This document shows, piece by piece, positions 48,201 through 62,208 of a stretch of DNA of 64,000 bases. Under the pieces are notes generated by a model that saw only the letters and a program-made list of their open reading frames with translations, searched no databases and was not told the origin of the DNA. The DNA comes from Acanthaster planci (lineage: Eukaryota), in contig NW_019091359.1 of NCBI RefSeq assembly GCF_001949145.1, forward strand, positions 1,872,540 to 1,936,539, given 5' to 3'. A program made the position numbers and the translations under genes. The first letter of the stretch is position 1; the number at the start of each line of letters is the position of its first letter.

Positions 48201-51200
48201 TTTGAAAAATAATAAAAGAAAGGCGGTTTCTTTTCTTTCCCCTCTTTCCAAAAGTGCAGGTGTGACATTTCCCTATGCTTTTGTTTCAGTTATTGTTCGT
48301 ATGTGGGGGAGGCTGTTCTAGCAGGAGTGATCAAAACGTCAATGATACTGCTTATTGTCAAGATAACCATCATTTTGGCAAAAGGGGTGAGTTACTGGGT
48401 CCCGACCCACAGGAATGAAATAAATTACCATGCATCGTTTCCTGCGTTTTGTGAATATTCACACCTGCAGATGGCCGCCCCAAAGTGGTGTATTCTCGAC
48501 CCGAATTCATTTGCAATAGTTCTGACTGGTTTTAGCCAAGAATAAACAAACTCTGTTTGTCCTCTCCTTCAAGTTAAAATTTCAGCCATGACAAAATTGA
48601 ACCCATCTTGTGGCACCGATGAGCACTGTTCGTCCTTTGGAAAGTAAAGAACCAGCTCGGTAGATTCGCAATTTCCTACTTGACAGATACGCGTGTTGGA
48701 ACTCCAGTTTTGATATCGCCCAACAGTTTGGAGCCATGTGGCACTTCACCGTCGACGGTCATTGTCAATGGCGCGAAAGATCATGATGAGGTTTTCGTCA
48801 AGCGGTGCTTGATGGATTGATGAAGAGACTTGTTTCTCAGTTTCTAGGTAGACGGGGTAAACCAATCCTTCACACTTCAGCTCAAGTCCGTCATTGGTAT
48901 AGGTTTTATTTCCCCCTAAAACCCGGTACTCATCACGGCCAACTGCCACCATCGCAAACACTGTCACCACGGGCACGAACTCGAGTTACCTTTCATGGAT
49001 TAATTAACGAACAACTGTGCGCAATTTGCAGCAGCATCAACCTTGTCATTCATTGTTGTCAATTTTCATTAAAATCAAGATTAATTGTCGCTGTTTAACG
49101 CCTTTGTCGAGCAGATAATCAGGCTTTCGCGACGATTCATTAAAATTCATTGGATTTTGGTTCCTTTGACTATTTTACTCCAGTGCCAGTCGGCGCTGAA
49201 GTCCATACTTTGTCAAGAACAGTTATAGAAATTGGGTTGCCGAGTCAAGCCTACTATTGTGTAATCGTTTACTCACCACACCTCTAAGCATGGCCTCCTT
49301 TCTTGCTCTGGGCACCTAACAATACAAGCTGACACGAGTGACAACCTCTATTTCATTTTATAAGTTAATTAACATGTAAATGAGTGTTGACAGATACTAA
49401 ACCGTGACGTGAGCACGTGGCTGCAATAGCGTATGCCATGTTTCGAGACACCAAACTGCAGAGACTTGAGTTGTGTTGTTTTGTTCTACTTTATCTTCGG
49501 TTAATGCCATTTAGAAACATTTCTGTTTCAGGGTACAGGTATTTATGAGATCCTTTAGCCTTGGCGTTTGGCCTGACAACTGTAAGCTAGCGAAATTTTC
49601 CCGACAGGACAAAACGGAATGATGGTCTTTTGTGTTCCACAAGATGTATTTCAGAAATGGACCTCAGACATTTCACCACTTGCTAAGAAACTGGCATTTA
49701 GATCCATTCTTCCAACAAAAAGAAGAGTTTATTTAATGCAGACTGGACTGTGTTTGAACTGTGTTTAAATTTATTCCGTCGAACGAGATGCGTACCTGTA
49801 TGTATAAACTTATTTTGGTTGGTGAAGTCACGGTGACCATTTCGTGCCTTGCTGCTTTTTGTTTTTATTTTAGCTAGCAGTTGCTTTACATTACGTGTTT
49901 ACTGGAAAAAAATTAGTTTAAGGAGACTTTAAAAACGCATTTCTAAATCCTTGTAAAACGTGCGGGACATCTTTGTCTTGAAAAATAATTTGGCCGTTTA
50001 TAAGCTAATAATTATAGCACATGATTTGTGAGCCCCGGGGTGGTAGTATGAGACGGGTAGAAATGGAATAGCGCCCTCTGCTGTCAGCAAAATCACCCCG
50101 CTATTTCCGTAGACTACATGGTGAATTTCTCAACTCAATATTTCTTTCTCTTGGGAAACAGATTGCAAACAGCATGGGAAAATACTGATATGTTTTAAAA
50201 AAAAAGAAAGAAAAACACCTGTAAGATAACTTTATGGTGGCTACTTGTGTGAACATGCATGAAGTTTATTGTTCATAGGAGCAGTATTCTTTTGATGTCA
50301 TGATATAAAACAGAATGTTTTAAATTGTATTTATTGAACATATTTCTAACAATTTAAATTAAGGGTATGGACAAAAATGAAACAATGATGCACAGAGTAC
50401 CTACAATCACAATATTGATCATCGGTGGCATTCTATGGACGCGTAGTCGCTCAGCCTCCAAGATGCAAACCTCAGACGTTAAAAGTACCAGACTTGCACA
50501 AGTTAATTGGTTTATTTTTTGGGACGGTCTTTATTCTCGGCCTGCCAGCCATAATCCCCTTCCCCGTCTTCTAGACCACAACAAAGACCGCCCTGTTACC
50601 GGCAATTATCACATCAATAATTTATCTGGTCGAGCCAAAGGAGAGGACATGGGGGCAGGAAGAAATTAAACGGTTATGGAAAGATCATGAATGATTCAAT
50701 GCTTCGGGCACGGACGGCGTAACAACCAGCTTGGTATGAATGAGAGACGTCTGCCTTCTTCTTGGAGTTGTCTCCCCATTCGAGTATTATTCCTCATTAA
50801 ACTATGATCACGCTATATAATGAACTCTGGGGACCACGAATTTATCAGAAAGGTAACAAAAGATACACCACTGGATTAGTTAAACGACAATTAAAGGGAC
50901 TGACCCATCTCACTTTGTCCTAAAGATGGCAGCTTCGTTATTATTTATAATTTCCGGTAGGGACCTGTACCAGTAATCCTGGCGAGAAACAATATCGTGC
51001 TTTGTCCATTTCACGGGTGATCTTTCAGGACCATTTCCACATCGATCATCAAACATGGCGGGACTGCGCGTTCATCTGATTGAAACAGCAAAATAAATGA
51101 GCCAAAACGGTGCACCAAATTGTCCACAGTGACAGATGAAAATTGCACCACAAACTTCATGCATTGTTGGTGCCGGATGAAGCCTACCCGTTCTCGACCA

Positions 51201-51820
51201 TGTCAAGGCTGTACATTGCGGTCTGTGTGTTTGAAGTTCTGATGAAGAAGCACCACTTCCTGACGATAACGTGCACAACAATCCAATCGATCGTCAAACA
51301 GAAAACACTTTCAAAAGCTCTTACTTTCCATTTTAATTAAATAATATCTAATTTCATAAGCATTGTTGTTCAGTGCCACGTTAGGCTTATCTGATGGAGA
51401 CAAACCGTAGCCTAATCGATGCACAGTCTGTTGAGTCCAGGGCATCCGTTTTTCAGCTGCTGTTCTCTTAATTAATACATAAAAACGTAAGTCCATGATG
51501 ATTACACAGATACCACTCAAAGCAATATTATACAAGCAATAAAGGGTGTGTTCATTTGGAGAACTTTTCATAGCATTCTTTGTTTAAATAAAGGCTTAAA
51601 AAAGAAAGAAAAAGAAATTGCACCAAAAGGTGGTGAAACCATCGGTTTTATTCTTTTGGGCAAAGCAGTCCTGATATTGAATTGTTTGCTTCGGCAGTTG
51701 TGGACGAATGATGTGTTTGACGCCTGGTTGGTATGTATCTTATTTTTTTATGTGTCGATAGCACCAAAAGGAAGGGGGGGTAAATTTAAAAAAAAATAAT
51801 AAAATTTAAAATCCTGCGGT

Positions 51821-51860
51821 CTCCTGAAGACGGACAGAGTACACTGTTCGAAACGTCGAG
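51821..51860 (+). ncRNA. Minimal type I hammerhead ribozyme motif of Penelope-like element type
   Basis: ctc-CTGAAGA-c-ggacag-agtaca-ctgttc-GAAAC-GTC-gag: core boxes, 6-bp stem II (one G-U), 3-bp stem I (ctc/gag), loopless palindromic ACGT stem III, GUC cleavage triplet. Confidence 0.65.
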
Positions 51861-53761
51861 TTATTCCCCGGTTCTTCTCAGAACCACACATACTCAAAGA
51901 AGAGATAAATACATGGTCACGGTGTTACCGCAATCTTTACTATAAATCTAAACTTTATTTGTTTAATTTATAATTAGTTTTCGTTTTGCTAAAATTGTAT
52001 ACCTCGCTGAGTGGGTATAAGAGACCAGTAACCAAGTCACATTCTATAACTGCAACAAGAATCAAAACTCAATAAAACATGAATATTCATGATACGTCAT
52101 TGCTGATAACTAGGCAATGTTTACCATGATTCGATTTTGTGTCGTACAGACTACAGTGGAGTAGGCTGTTGTGTTTCGTGCCCGAATGAACTAAACGCCC
52201 AGAGGTACAGAGGTAAAGGTTTTTGGAATAAGGAAATGTACTAATTTGGGTTGTAGACCACGAACCTTTCACATTGGCAGGTAAATTCCTTGATACAAAC
52301 CCAGTTATAAAACGTGACGATCAAACTGGAAGGGGGATGAGTGAGCAAGAAGGAAATCTCAAATAAATGGTGTATTTATTTTGCTATTTTGGTAACTTCT
52401 TTGACCAACCGCTTTGTGATAACAACCCCACCGGGTTGTCCCCTACGCAAAGTATAAAGGAGATCCGAAGTATGTGACAGAAGTCTTTACTATCAGTAAA
52501 ACACCCAGGTCAGTGCCCCGTCGGTGTTCTTAAACGCCAATGCTGTGTAAACAAACAAGATTAAAGCCACAATCCTAATTTTTGCAGAGGAGAATATAAA
52601 AGCAGAAGGAAAAACGCCGAAAGATTTCAGCATTGTATTCAGGAATTCTAAACCTCCAAGAACAGCACTTTTTCGGAGGTTGGCATGTTGTTTGTTTTCG
52701 GAGCCTCTTTTAGATGGGTCCTAGGTGCGCAATTAGAGATGGGGGATGGTGAGTAACGATGACATCAAAGGGGCCGCAAACTTAGCCAGTATGGACCAAT
52801 CAGCGTCAAAGAACTTGTGGGTGACAGAGCGTGTGATGCGATAGTGGGTTTATACGGACGACGGCTGATATATGATTTGTTTACGATCAGAGGTTAATGC
52901 TAAAAGAACCTGTCCAGATTTGGCGTCCTGGTGGAGGATTTTAATTGTGGAAAGCCGCTTTGAAGGCATTATAGAGATGATACTTTTCTAGTGTCTTGGA
53001 TGACTTTCTTTGTTATTTTAGTTACAATGGGTTACAATGAATGCAGAAAGGGTTTACTCGAGCCTATCCGTACAAAGCCCTTCAATTTGCCCTTCAAATC
53101 TGCCTTAAAAATGGGCTGGAAAACAGAGTAACTTTACAATATTGTGTTTAAAGATTTCCTATTGAATAGTTTATTTGCCTAACCGGTGCCCACCAAACTT
53201 CCGGAAGGGTCAGCACAGGATTTCTAGTGGCTCTTTGGCCGCCGGGGGATGTCGGAGTGTTTGATCACATAGCTTCTCCCTCTCATACCTAGCGAACACA
53301 CAGGTCTCCAGTCGGGGGTACCCCCCGACGCACGGTACAATTCGATTATTAGCATACACGATACAATGAATAATATATGCACATGTACCTGTAGAAATTA
53401 AGAGAAAAAAAACAAGGTGTCGCGTACTGTAAAAAGATTTCCAATCTCATCGAAATCGTCTCCTTGGTGTTGGTAAGTAAATGATGGAAAATGACGATGC
53501 GTTTGTCTAAAATAAAATACATGTTGAAAAACAACACCGTGGGATAAAATGCAACAGCCGTCGAATCGCGACACGCAAGTGAACAAAAGAAAGCACCGCC
53601 CCATTCATTCAATGTGTATGTTGGTCAAGTCTTTTTTTTTCTTCCAACACAACACATGTGGTGGTGACGAGCTGACGATGTTGCTCGGTGCGATTAGTGC
53701 GTGAGACGGTAATTTCTTCGTGTTTTCTTGTGATCTTCAACACGGATTGCGAATTTCCAGG

Positions 53762-56700
53762 ATGGGCTATGATTTGGAACGCTTTACCAAACCAGTGGAC
53801 GAGGATTTCAAGTGCAGTATCTGTTTAGCGGTTCTGGAGAATCCGTTGGCCACGCCGTGCGGACACGTCTTCTGTGGCAACTGCGTGCTGCCCTGGGTGG
53901 TACAGCACGGGAGCTGCCCGCTCAAGTGCGACAAGTTCTCCACTAAGGAGCTCAACAGCGTCCTACCCCTCCGCAACCTCATCATGAAGTTGGAGATCCG
54001 CTGCGACAACCACACCCGAGGCTGCCAGGAGGTGGTCAAGATCCAAATGCTGCCTCAGCACCTGGAAGACTGCGACTTTGCCCCGGTGACTTGCACCAAT
54101 AAAGGCTGTGAGGCCGTGGTCAGCATCAAGGACTTGGTCCAGCACCAGACGCAGCAGTGCGAGTACCGGGCCGTGGGCCGCTGCGAGCTGGGCTGCAACC
54201 TGGTGCTGCAGCACAACGCCGTCGCGGACCACTGCTGCCTGAAAGCCATGCAGGCTCACTGCGCAAACCTGCAAGCCAAAATCTCGAGCCAGGAACACGG
54301 TCTCAAGAAAACCACGGTGCGATTCGGCAAAAGGGAGAAATCTCTCTTAGCCCAGATCGCCTGCCTTCAGAACGAGATCCAAATGCAGGCTCTCCGTTAT
54401 CAGAAAAAGTTGAATGAGTGTAAAGCAGAGGTGGAATACATGTCGGCAATGGCCGTGTATGATAGGGTGAGAACAGATCTCAGCTGATGTTTAAATAATA
54501 AATTCATCTATAACAACTTGAAAAAAATTTATTTAGAATTTTTAATAACATTCTGCGTTTTCTGTATATTTAGGATGTCCAGTTAATATTATGTATGTTC
54601 GTACTATCTTGTTTTTAACGTACTGTACAGTGATCCGTATCTGGCCAGTGCCACCACTGTTATTGAATGATTTAAAATTATGACCTAAAACAACTTTTCC
54701 CGGACAACTAAAGTTTTCCCTAGATAAGTGGGCTTGTCTTCAATGAAATTTCAAATTCAAGGGGGTGGAATTTGGTGGTGAGTTTAGAACAAGTAGCCAG
54801 AGTTCTTGTGGCCAGATAGAGAGTTTGTGTATATCATAGGTGGTTAGTCCCTTGCCTTTTCACTCTAGGAAAATGTTAAGTTGAGCTAATGGAAAGGTTG
54901 TCTGGCTTTCACCAAACTCACTATCCTATTCTTTGTTATGCTAGAATAGAACGTGACTGAAATGCAATTTTTGTTTAGAGCCTGACAGTAAATTGTGATT
55001 GATTGCACCTAGAATAAAGCTCTCAAAGTTACCTTCCCCCAAATTCGAAATCTGAGGTTAACTCCAGTCAGTCTGTCATAATCGCTCGGTCATTGAAAAA
55101 GCAAAATGGCTAGCCTTCGCATTCCATCTTCCTGTGCAAAGGTCTACATATTGGGGGACCGGTATCTCTTTGTAACGGCAAAAAAGGCTGTCTGGAGTGG
55201 TGGTCCACCACAATCCTGTGTATGAGTAACCCCACAGGACCTATCTTCTCCACAGGGTGCTGCCATTTGACAGCAACCCCCCCCTCTCCACAATTTGGCT
55301 AGCCACAGTAAAGTCTTCTGCCAGACACCCACTTGTTTGGTTCCCAAGGACTTCCGCTTGCCTGGACTAAGGGATGGAGACTGGGTTCCTCATCTAGCCT
55401 TCACTGGTGCCACTCTCCCTGTGTGCACACACAAACCAATGCCAACCGCATCACAGCTCGGATAATGAATGGCTTTTCAGATTGTCCAGAGGCTCCCCCT
55501 ATATGTTGGTTGATCTTGTTTATATGCACGACAGATACAATGCCAATGTCCAGACTCGCACAGCAAACATTCAGCTTAAGAATCTCTGGGCCAGAGTGGC
55601 CAAAATTTTTGTTGTTATGCTAGGGGCTTTAGAAGTGCCGCCTGTCTTGTTAGCTGGTAAACAGGCTTTGTTTACAATGCAAACCATGCGATAATATTAA
55701 GGCAAACTTGTTTTTAAGAGATCATCTTTTTGTTGTGGACACCTTGACTTCACTGAATGGGATTTGAAATATTACTCTGACCCTCAAAAAAGTAAATATT
55801 TTGGATTGTATGACAGTCATCGTGGTGCTTCAGGAGTAAAGACTGAAAAAGATTTCATGGATTATGTGAAAAGGACAGATTTTTGGTAGACTGAGGTGAG
55901 ATTCAAAAGTGCTGTGACCAGCAGTTGGTAGTCAGCCTCAACCTCCCACAATTAATTTCACGCTAAATAATTCGCACAAATATCAAAGGAACCCTGTGGT
56001 GCGACAAATTTGTTATCGGTTGACGTCTGGCATGCCTGGTGAGAAGTGAATGTGATGGGGTTGAAATCAAAGTCCCCACTCTTGTGAGGAATTCTTAGCA
56101 GGACAAATTTCAGCATCCAGAGAAGGGAGTTTCGAGTTATGATTTGGACGTGATCACTGAAATGTTGTTTTAAGAAGTGATATTCTTGAGCCGCAGTACT
56201 TTGGAAAAAAGCTTAGGGAAGAAATCGAATTGAGATTACCAAATGACTTTCCATGTTTTACCTTTAACTCAGTATTAAGAGCTGCTTTAAGAATATGAAA
56301 ATGGAGCATAATTCATTAAATGTTGAATGGTAATTTCCAGCAACTAGGAACCATTTTTGGTCTCATACTTTAAGTAAACTGTTGTTGCTAGACTTGCTTG
56401 TAAATTGCAAATTTTAATTCTCTACCATTTCTTGGAGGACAGGAATTGCAAGTGTGACTTTCACCACTTTTGTTTTGTCTTTCAACAGCCTTGTGAGGAA
56501 GTGCCTCTTGCTCTGCAACTTGGTCGCGAAAATGGCAGCCTTGGATTCAATATAATTGGTGGCAATCGGGTAAGTTGTTTGGTCAGTGGTGCCTTATTGT
56601 TGAAGTTGTCCAATTTTGCTGAATTTTGTGAAAGAATATCATCTTGATGTATCATCGAAGTAGTCAAGGGTCAGTATTCAAAGTCATTTTTCAGTCGTTA

Positions 56701-59700
56701 AACTGAAAAAATCTTCTGTGGTAGTAGCAAACCCAGAGTTGTTTTATCGGTCACCATTGGTCAGAATTTGGGCACGTACAAGTTCACGGAAGGGTGGCGA
56801 ATGATGACCATTCATGTGGGGCGTAGCATATTTACACACTGGCTTGAGCATTCACAAGTAATTTTCATCGAAATGTGCTCAGAATATGTGTTTGTGCACA
56901 TCGAGTGCAGGGTTGAATGCAACACTGGCCTTTAATTAAGAGTCTAGAAGCTCTCCTCTTTCCTTTGTGACTGGGTGCTCTGTGCCATATTACTTGTACC
57001 ACTCACAGCTGAGTAATATTACAATACTATTCAAGTGTGTAAATGATTGGGGTTTGTTGCAAATAGTCTAAGAACTGTGGAATAACCCAGGGTTGATTTA
57101 AGGTTGTTAGATGTTCTAACAGAGTCACTGCTCCGTTTTTCTAAATGAGTAAGTCTGGAAATAGCAAGGGCGATAAGGTCTGAATTGTTTTGTAAGACTT
57201 CAGGTAGAATGAGAGACTAACTGGTACATGTTCCATCATGTAAGATAAGCTGGTGCATGAGATTTTTGGTCTTGTGTGTACACACTTGTTACCGTAAGTC
57301 TTGAATACATGTCTTTCCGACGAATACATCTATTTATCCATATCTCAGCAAAGCATACTAAACTGATAGAGTTGGTTTTCTTCTATAGTGTCCCATGCTG
57401 ACAGTGGTTCAGCCTCGTTGGCAAGTTTGTCTTTGTCCTGATTTATGAAAGATCAACATAAACAAATCATGTGATAAGTGACATCAAAACACCTGTGCTT
57501 GCATCAGGGGATGGTGTAACCACATTGTTGAAGGACTTAGCATGGGGTATTACATTAACAGTTCAGAGTCCCTTTTTAAATCATCTGCCGGTTCCTTGGG
57601 GTTAGAGCATAGAGACATTAACCCTTGATGCACTCATGGTCACATGTGTTTGTCAAGGGATAACCAAGAAAACATCGGCCAGAGTTGACCTTTTTGGGAC
57701 TTGTGGAACTGTCATTTTTAGAAAGTTACTTAATTTGTCATTGCAAATATGGAGAGCAGAATGCTCAACATCAAGAAATTGCCGTCATTTGGGGGGGGTT
57801 GTCACTGGTTCGTGGTTACCTCATGTCTTGCTTCGCACCCTGTGTCAGCATTTTTTTCTTTCTGCCTTTGGTTTGAAGTAAAATTGAATTTGTAGCCAAA
57901 CTTGCTTGACTAACTGGAATCCTCATTGTTTTACTTTAAACGACTTCATGAATAATCACTTTGTGGAAGATACATGTATATTGTACATTATATATGTAGA
58001 TACTGCTTTCAGCACACCAGCCTTACCTAGGACTCAAGACTTGACTTTTTTTGTCTTTTACCTACTTGTGGGCCTGAATTATTTCTTGTTTGGTGCAGAC
58101 GTGTAAACCCACTGCTCAACGATACTTCAGTCTAAGCAAAAGTTGTAAACAACCTCCCATCAGCTTAGTGTTGCAACAGTGATCTGCCTTTTGGTGGGTG
58201 TGGCATTTCAATAATCCTTTTAATGCAGTGGATTTCACGGTGTTGTTTGATGGTGGAAGCATTGTACTCCAGTGCAGTTGTATTTCCTGTTTGTGTTGCC
58301 GGAGGTAGGAGGCACTCATGCTCAGTGTTTAGACTGCGGAAGTTTTGGCAAGGAAGCGTGATAGTCAAGACAGCGTCTCTTAATCTCTCCCACTGTGCCC
58401 GTAATGGCTAATCCACCCCTCGAATGTCAAGCTTGGACATGATCCCTAGGCTAATGCATCCCTTAGGAGAGCGCCTCAGGCAAGCATTTTGGTGACTGTG
58501 CTGCTTTGGACTAGTTTTTCCCTGGGAAGAGTAGAGTTGTCTTTGCCAAAGCAGGAAAACCAGCTGATTCAGTAAGCCGACCCCCTAGCTCAGCACTTAT
58601 TCCCAAGGTTGTTCCAAGTTCCTAATTTATAATGCCTTTGCTGCTGATATTCACTGTTACATGTAAGTCTGGAGTTGCTGAGGAGGCGGTGGCAATCAAA
58701 GCACTAAGCACTTGATATATCTTCCTGACGAACCTCCTTCATTTTCAGTGCTATATAGGCCTGAGCAGTTCATCCCCAGTATCAGACATGTCACTGGTAC
58801 CAGTACAAAGCAGGCATGCTTATGGATAAGTTACTTTACTGTGCTTTTGCTTTTTTCCCCTCAATTTCAAAACCTTTTGGTCAGAAAAAGTGACATTATA
58901 AAAATGTGTTAATGTTACTTCTTGAAATATCAAATTTGAAGGAGTACTTGTATTTAAGTTCAAAAACGTAAGAAGTTATGAAGGAGGAGCATTATTTGTG
59001 GCACAGGTCATACCGGTAGCTGTTTTGTTGAGCAGGGGGTTCAATGACTGTTGGCTTGAATCACACACCCCCCAGTCTCCCGTACCTTATTGCAGTCCAT
59101 CTTACAGAAAGAAATCGTGCCTTCAAGCGGAAGAGTGTAAACAACGTGGAAGCCTCTGCGAAGAACACAACAAGAATCGCCTCAATTAGACCAGGAGAGA
59201 AGTGTATACATGTAATTTCCTTGAGTTTGGGATGAGCATAGTTAGCGGACAATGGAACAGGCAGTCTAAGAGAATAAGTTTGGGCAGTTCCTGGTTTGTC
59301 TCTAGGGGGACAGGGGGATTGGAGTAGTGACTGTCCAGAGTAGTGACCTCATGGTCCAGTCAGGTGGCACATATTGGGTCTTTGTGGTTCCCTGTTCTCA
59401 AGGTAAATAACATGAGGGTGTTTACAGGGGTCAACAATCTTTGGCCAGCTCCTCCAACTTTTTTTTCACTGAAGAGACTTGAAGAACTGTTATGTAGGAC
59501 GCAAACTTTTGGATTCATGATGCTTTATTTGTGGAAAGGACTGTTAACTTCTAGAAACTGCTGTACAGGGTTGCTCAGTGGTCAGTTTAAATTAAAAATA
59601 ATATAGAACAGCTGAATAAAATTATCAAACTGCTGAGAGATTAAAACGATGTTTTGTGGAAAAATTGAATGGGCTTAGGATGAAGAAAGAATTCTCTCAC

Positions 59701-62208
59701 TCTAGATATCAGTGACTATACCATGCCAAAATTAGGCCAGTTTTTAAGATCCTTTCTGGTTCAACTCAGTGTTGAACAGTACAGTTTTTGTGGAAACATC
59801 ATTTTGAAAAACTTTATAGCAAGAGATTCAAACACATTTTATCTGTGTATGTTAACCAACAGTGATGTGCATTTATTATAGTATGTGTTGTTACGTTGGG
59901 GCGTTGGTGTACCGACTGTCTCCAGAAGTGACAAAATTTTCCTCCCAAGAAATTCACAAAGAATGTTTGCTATGGAGTTGACACGTGTAGCTCATAAGAT
60001 AGCTGGCTGTGTGTATCCTGGCCTCTGGAGATTTATGGTGTCTGACAGATGTTCTGAAAATCCAAATAAATCGGATGTTTCTGACAAGCGTTCCATAACC
60101 CGATACGGTAGAGAGCTAGCAACCCAAATATGGAGAGGTAACATATATTGCAATGGGGAGGGGGGCGTTGGGTGTTTGCATGGTCGATTGGTAAGTAACG
60201 ATCTCTGCTTTGTTTGCCAACTGCGCATACCCCCCCCAGCCCGGCGAAATGAAATATTGAGTGCTGCAGCAACACATGATAGTCATCATTTGTGAGATTT
60301 TTTTGATGCACTCGGAATGTTCACCCAAGAGACCGTTTATCATGATCGAGATGTTGGGCAAGCTTATAAATCTTGATCCCGGTAAGTTCATGAGTACCAG
60401 AAACCAGTGGGACATTCTACAATGTGATTTGATTTCAGTAAGCAGTGATGATGTGACCAGGGCAGTGTCTGATGTTGACTCGGGTAGATTTCTGTAAAAT
60501 AGATGTGCCAATTTTTACCTCCGGAATATGCGTTTTGTAACGAACACCATAGAATTATAGTGCAAGGTTTACATGTATAATTTAAACAAGACAGTGAAAC
60601 CAAATTGTTCTTACATGTAAAATGATTTTTAATAAATGCCTTGCAAAATTAATGTCTGAATTTTCAGTATTTCTATTCCTCAAAACACTGACAGCATTAC
60701 AGACAGACAGACAGCTCGACAGGAACACTTACATTTCAATTAGTAATATGTTACCCATGACACTGACCCAAATGTCTTCAAACAGAATATCATGTACACA
60801 AACCTGTCAACATGACAACACTGGTCACATTAAACGATCGAGACAGAAATAGCTCAGCCATTATTGTACATTCCTAGCCTGGGGCTCCTTGATATTATTA
60901 GATTGCAGAAAGCCAGACCAGATGGGGCTTATCAGGGGGCTCCTATCAAAATTGGCAGAAATACTGGGCCTGGGAAGGAACCTACATGTAGTTCTTTGGA
61001 AGGATATTTTGCTTAGCTTTCCTTAGTCGTGTTGATTTAAAAAAAATAATCCTGCTGATGATGGTTGCCATCAGTTAAATTAATGGGTGATGGGGCAGGG
61101 ACGGGTGATGAAAAAGGGAGGGATTTTGGAATTGCTTAATAAGCCAGGTCTTTTTTGGGTGGCGGGGTCAAAAAGCCATTGGGAAAAAAACAAGATTTTG
61201 AGGAATTAGGAATTTAGTTTATCTGATTTGAGAATGAAGCGAATATAAAATACAGTAGCCTATTTAATGAATACATGTTCTGATTTGTTTGCACAGGTTG
61301 CAGACGGGCACCACAGTAGCCTAATGTAATTTATACATTTGTGTCTTTATTGCAGTTTGTTTACTCAGGTTACAGATAAGTACATACTTGGTTGTATCCC
61401 AATGTTCGTCTAATTATGTTCTTATAATTTAATATGTAGTGCTTGCAGTATGTTGTGAAGAACACGCTACTCCAAAAATTGGGCTTAGTTCAAAATAAGA
61501 GATGTTATCATTACAGGTGTGAAAACATTAGTGGGTGGTTAGAATGTGCTTAAGAATAAAAGAGACATAACAGATCTTTTTTTCACCCTACAGCTATGGT
61601 ATGAAACCTTAGTTACACCTCGTTATGTAGTAGTTTGATTGATCTGGGACTGACAGGGCGTGATAAGATTGGTCTGTGGAAGTTCAGAGCAGACTTGATT
61701 CATAAATGCAGTTTGGGGAAGGGGGGAAAACTGGGACATTCCTTCCCCCCCAAAAAAAAGAGACTTAAGAAGTGTTTGTGCTTTCTGAAAAATAATGAGG
61801 GAGACTTCACGGACTATTTACCTCTTCTCCTTCCTAAAGCATTGAAAAAGCCTCCAAATCTAGCCTCTCGACTTAGATTTAGAAGGTCCAAAAAATCACC
61901 CCCCCCTCCAGAAAAAACACAATGGAAAGTTAACCTCTGGATCCACCCTTGTGCAAGTTGAGGTAGCTAAATGGATGGAGGCATCTTCAATTTCTCAAGT
62001 AACTTCACCGAAGTGTTCAAGATCCATTGGGTCTTCATATGAAGCCTCAGGTTGGATGAAACACATTCTTTGTATACTCCACTGAATTGTGATTCTTTCC
62101 TTCGCTTTGAAGGTTGACGGAATTTCAGAGGGTATCATTGTGTCAAGGGTCATCGAGCAGGGACCAGCGGACAAGTCAGAACTGAGGTTGCATGATCGCA
62201 TCACAAAG
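53762..62208 (+). CDS. PDZRN3: PDZ domain-containing RING finger E3 ligase PDZRN3/PDZRN4 (LNX3/4), 5' partial: exons 53762-54466, 56489-56569, 62113-62208; continues beyond window
   Basis: MGYDLERF..VDEDFKCSICLAVLENPLATPCGHVFCGNCVLPWVVQHGSCP (C3HC4 RING), TRAF/SIAH-type zinc fingers, KREKSLLAQ...QMQALRYQKK coiled coil typical of PDZRN3/4, then PDZ1 RENGSLGFNIIGG / EGIIVSRVIEQGPADKSELRLHDRITK; phase-0 junctions. Confidence 0.93.

Noticed and set aside
53720..53761. ORF-track start at 53720, and a TRAF6-like call for the RING gene
   Set aside because: The start is a GTG; the family-typical MGYDLERF begins at ATG 53762, and downstream PDZ exons identify PDZRN3/4 rather than a TRAF.
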